Positions 63,080-64,000 of a stretch of 64,000 bases of DNA are shown one piece after another (positions within the stretch are counted from its first letter, which is position 1; every line of letters begins with the position of its first letter). Location: assembly GCA_002104945.1 (NCBI GenBank), contig MCFH01000048.1, positions 383,868 through 447,867 on the forward strand, written 5' to 3'. Source of the stretch: Piromyces finnis finn. Its lineage: Eukaryota > Fungi > Neocallimastigomycota. A model generated the notes under the pieces. The model ran no database searches and was not told the origin of the DNA. It saw only the letters and a program-made list of their open reading frames with translations. Made by a program: the position numbers and the translations under genes.

Positions 63080-64000
63080 TACTATTACTATTACTATTAC
63101 TATTACTATTACTATTACTATTACTATACTATTACTATTACTATTACTATTACTATTACTATTACTATTACTATTACTATTACTATTACTATTACTATTA
63201 CTATTACTATTACTATTACTATTACTATTACTATGATTATTATTGATAGGACTGTTGGAATTACATTGATTAAAAAATTTAATAATTTGGACTATGGATT
63301 TGTAATATTTAATATGGATATCTCTAAATGTTGGACAATCTAATAACCAATGCTTAATATTTTGATAACCACTCTTGCAACATGGACAGTAGTTTGGTCA
63401 AACTGGATCAACAAAATTAGCAGACTTTGCAACTCTAGCATCCAACTTATATCCACTTCTTGCTTTCAATAGGCAAGTAGAAACCCAAGACAAACTTTGA
63501 GTACTCATAATATAATTTAATAAAATCTTTAGTTTCAATAAATTTATTATCATCATAATATTACGCTTTGATTGAATTTCCTTTGAGATCTTTCCAATAA
63601 AAGTTTTTAACTGATTTAGCATCTCCATGCTTCTTTAATTTTTTATCAAGAGTCCTACATAATTTTCACCATGTATACCATGTATATTTTCTAAATTTAG
63701 GAATGTAATTGACAAGGTATGAAATAATATATTTTGAGTTTTTCTACTTGTTAAAACATCTAATCTGAGCTAATGTGCATTTTGCTAACAATGAATGAAT
63801 ATTCAAATCTTTTGAAATAGAATATATAGATATAAACGATACAGCTTTATGAACACCAGCTATAATTAGGAGAAAAGAGGAAAGCCAACTTAACTTCATC
63901 ATTACTAATATCTTGGCTGGTATCTTATTCATCAAACATAAGGGTAATGGCAAAATTATTTCTTTAATAAAATAAAATTATTACTTTGATAAAAAAAAAA
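60830..64000. repeat. Second copy of the block at ~49870-54040 (dispersed AT-rich repeat, LINE-like fragment at 62630-63965, microsatellite at ~63030-63240)
   Basis: 60830 matches 49870. 62630-64000 matches 52600-54036, with identical ORFs 63398/53434 and 63744/53780. Confidence 0.9.

Overview
Extremely AT-rich eukaryotic DNA with no recognisable host protein gene. The composition, fungal-type self-priming Ty3/gypsy elements, a short AT-rich GT-AG intron and a CCA-less tRNA suggest an anaerobic gut fungus (Neocallimastigomycota); this host assignment is inference. The window is a nested mobile-element graveyard. (1) Two adjacent endogenous CRESS ssDNA viruses with geminivirus/genomovirus-type Reps. 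One is a near-intact ~2.4 kb unit bounded by a 42-bp direct repeat (7446-9900). The other is >5.2 kb (about 10660-15990), with a TAATATTAT origin hairpin and a capsid gene that can be spliced through a 57-nt intron into a ~900-aa fibre-like extension carrying ~9 beta-repeats. (2) Several pieces of a multi-ORF gag-PR-RT-RNaseH retroelement with no integrase, tightly packed ORFs and a permuted arrangement (pararetrovirus-like). (3) A 6.3-kb non-autonomous self-priming LTR element (25879-32209) carrying an array of 8 covarying ~90-nt hairpins and a TTCCAC motif array. (4) An intact single-ORF chromovirus (54136-60824) with an 11-nt self-priming PBS, inserted 12 bp upstream of a tRNA-Cys gene that has a LINE-like 3' fragment just downstream. 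(5) Degenerate gypsy and copia elements (copia PBS matches the tRNA-Lys(CUU) anticodon arm) and many solo LTRs with 5-bp TSDs. All alignments and folds were done by eye; no database searches were run.
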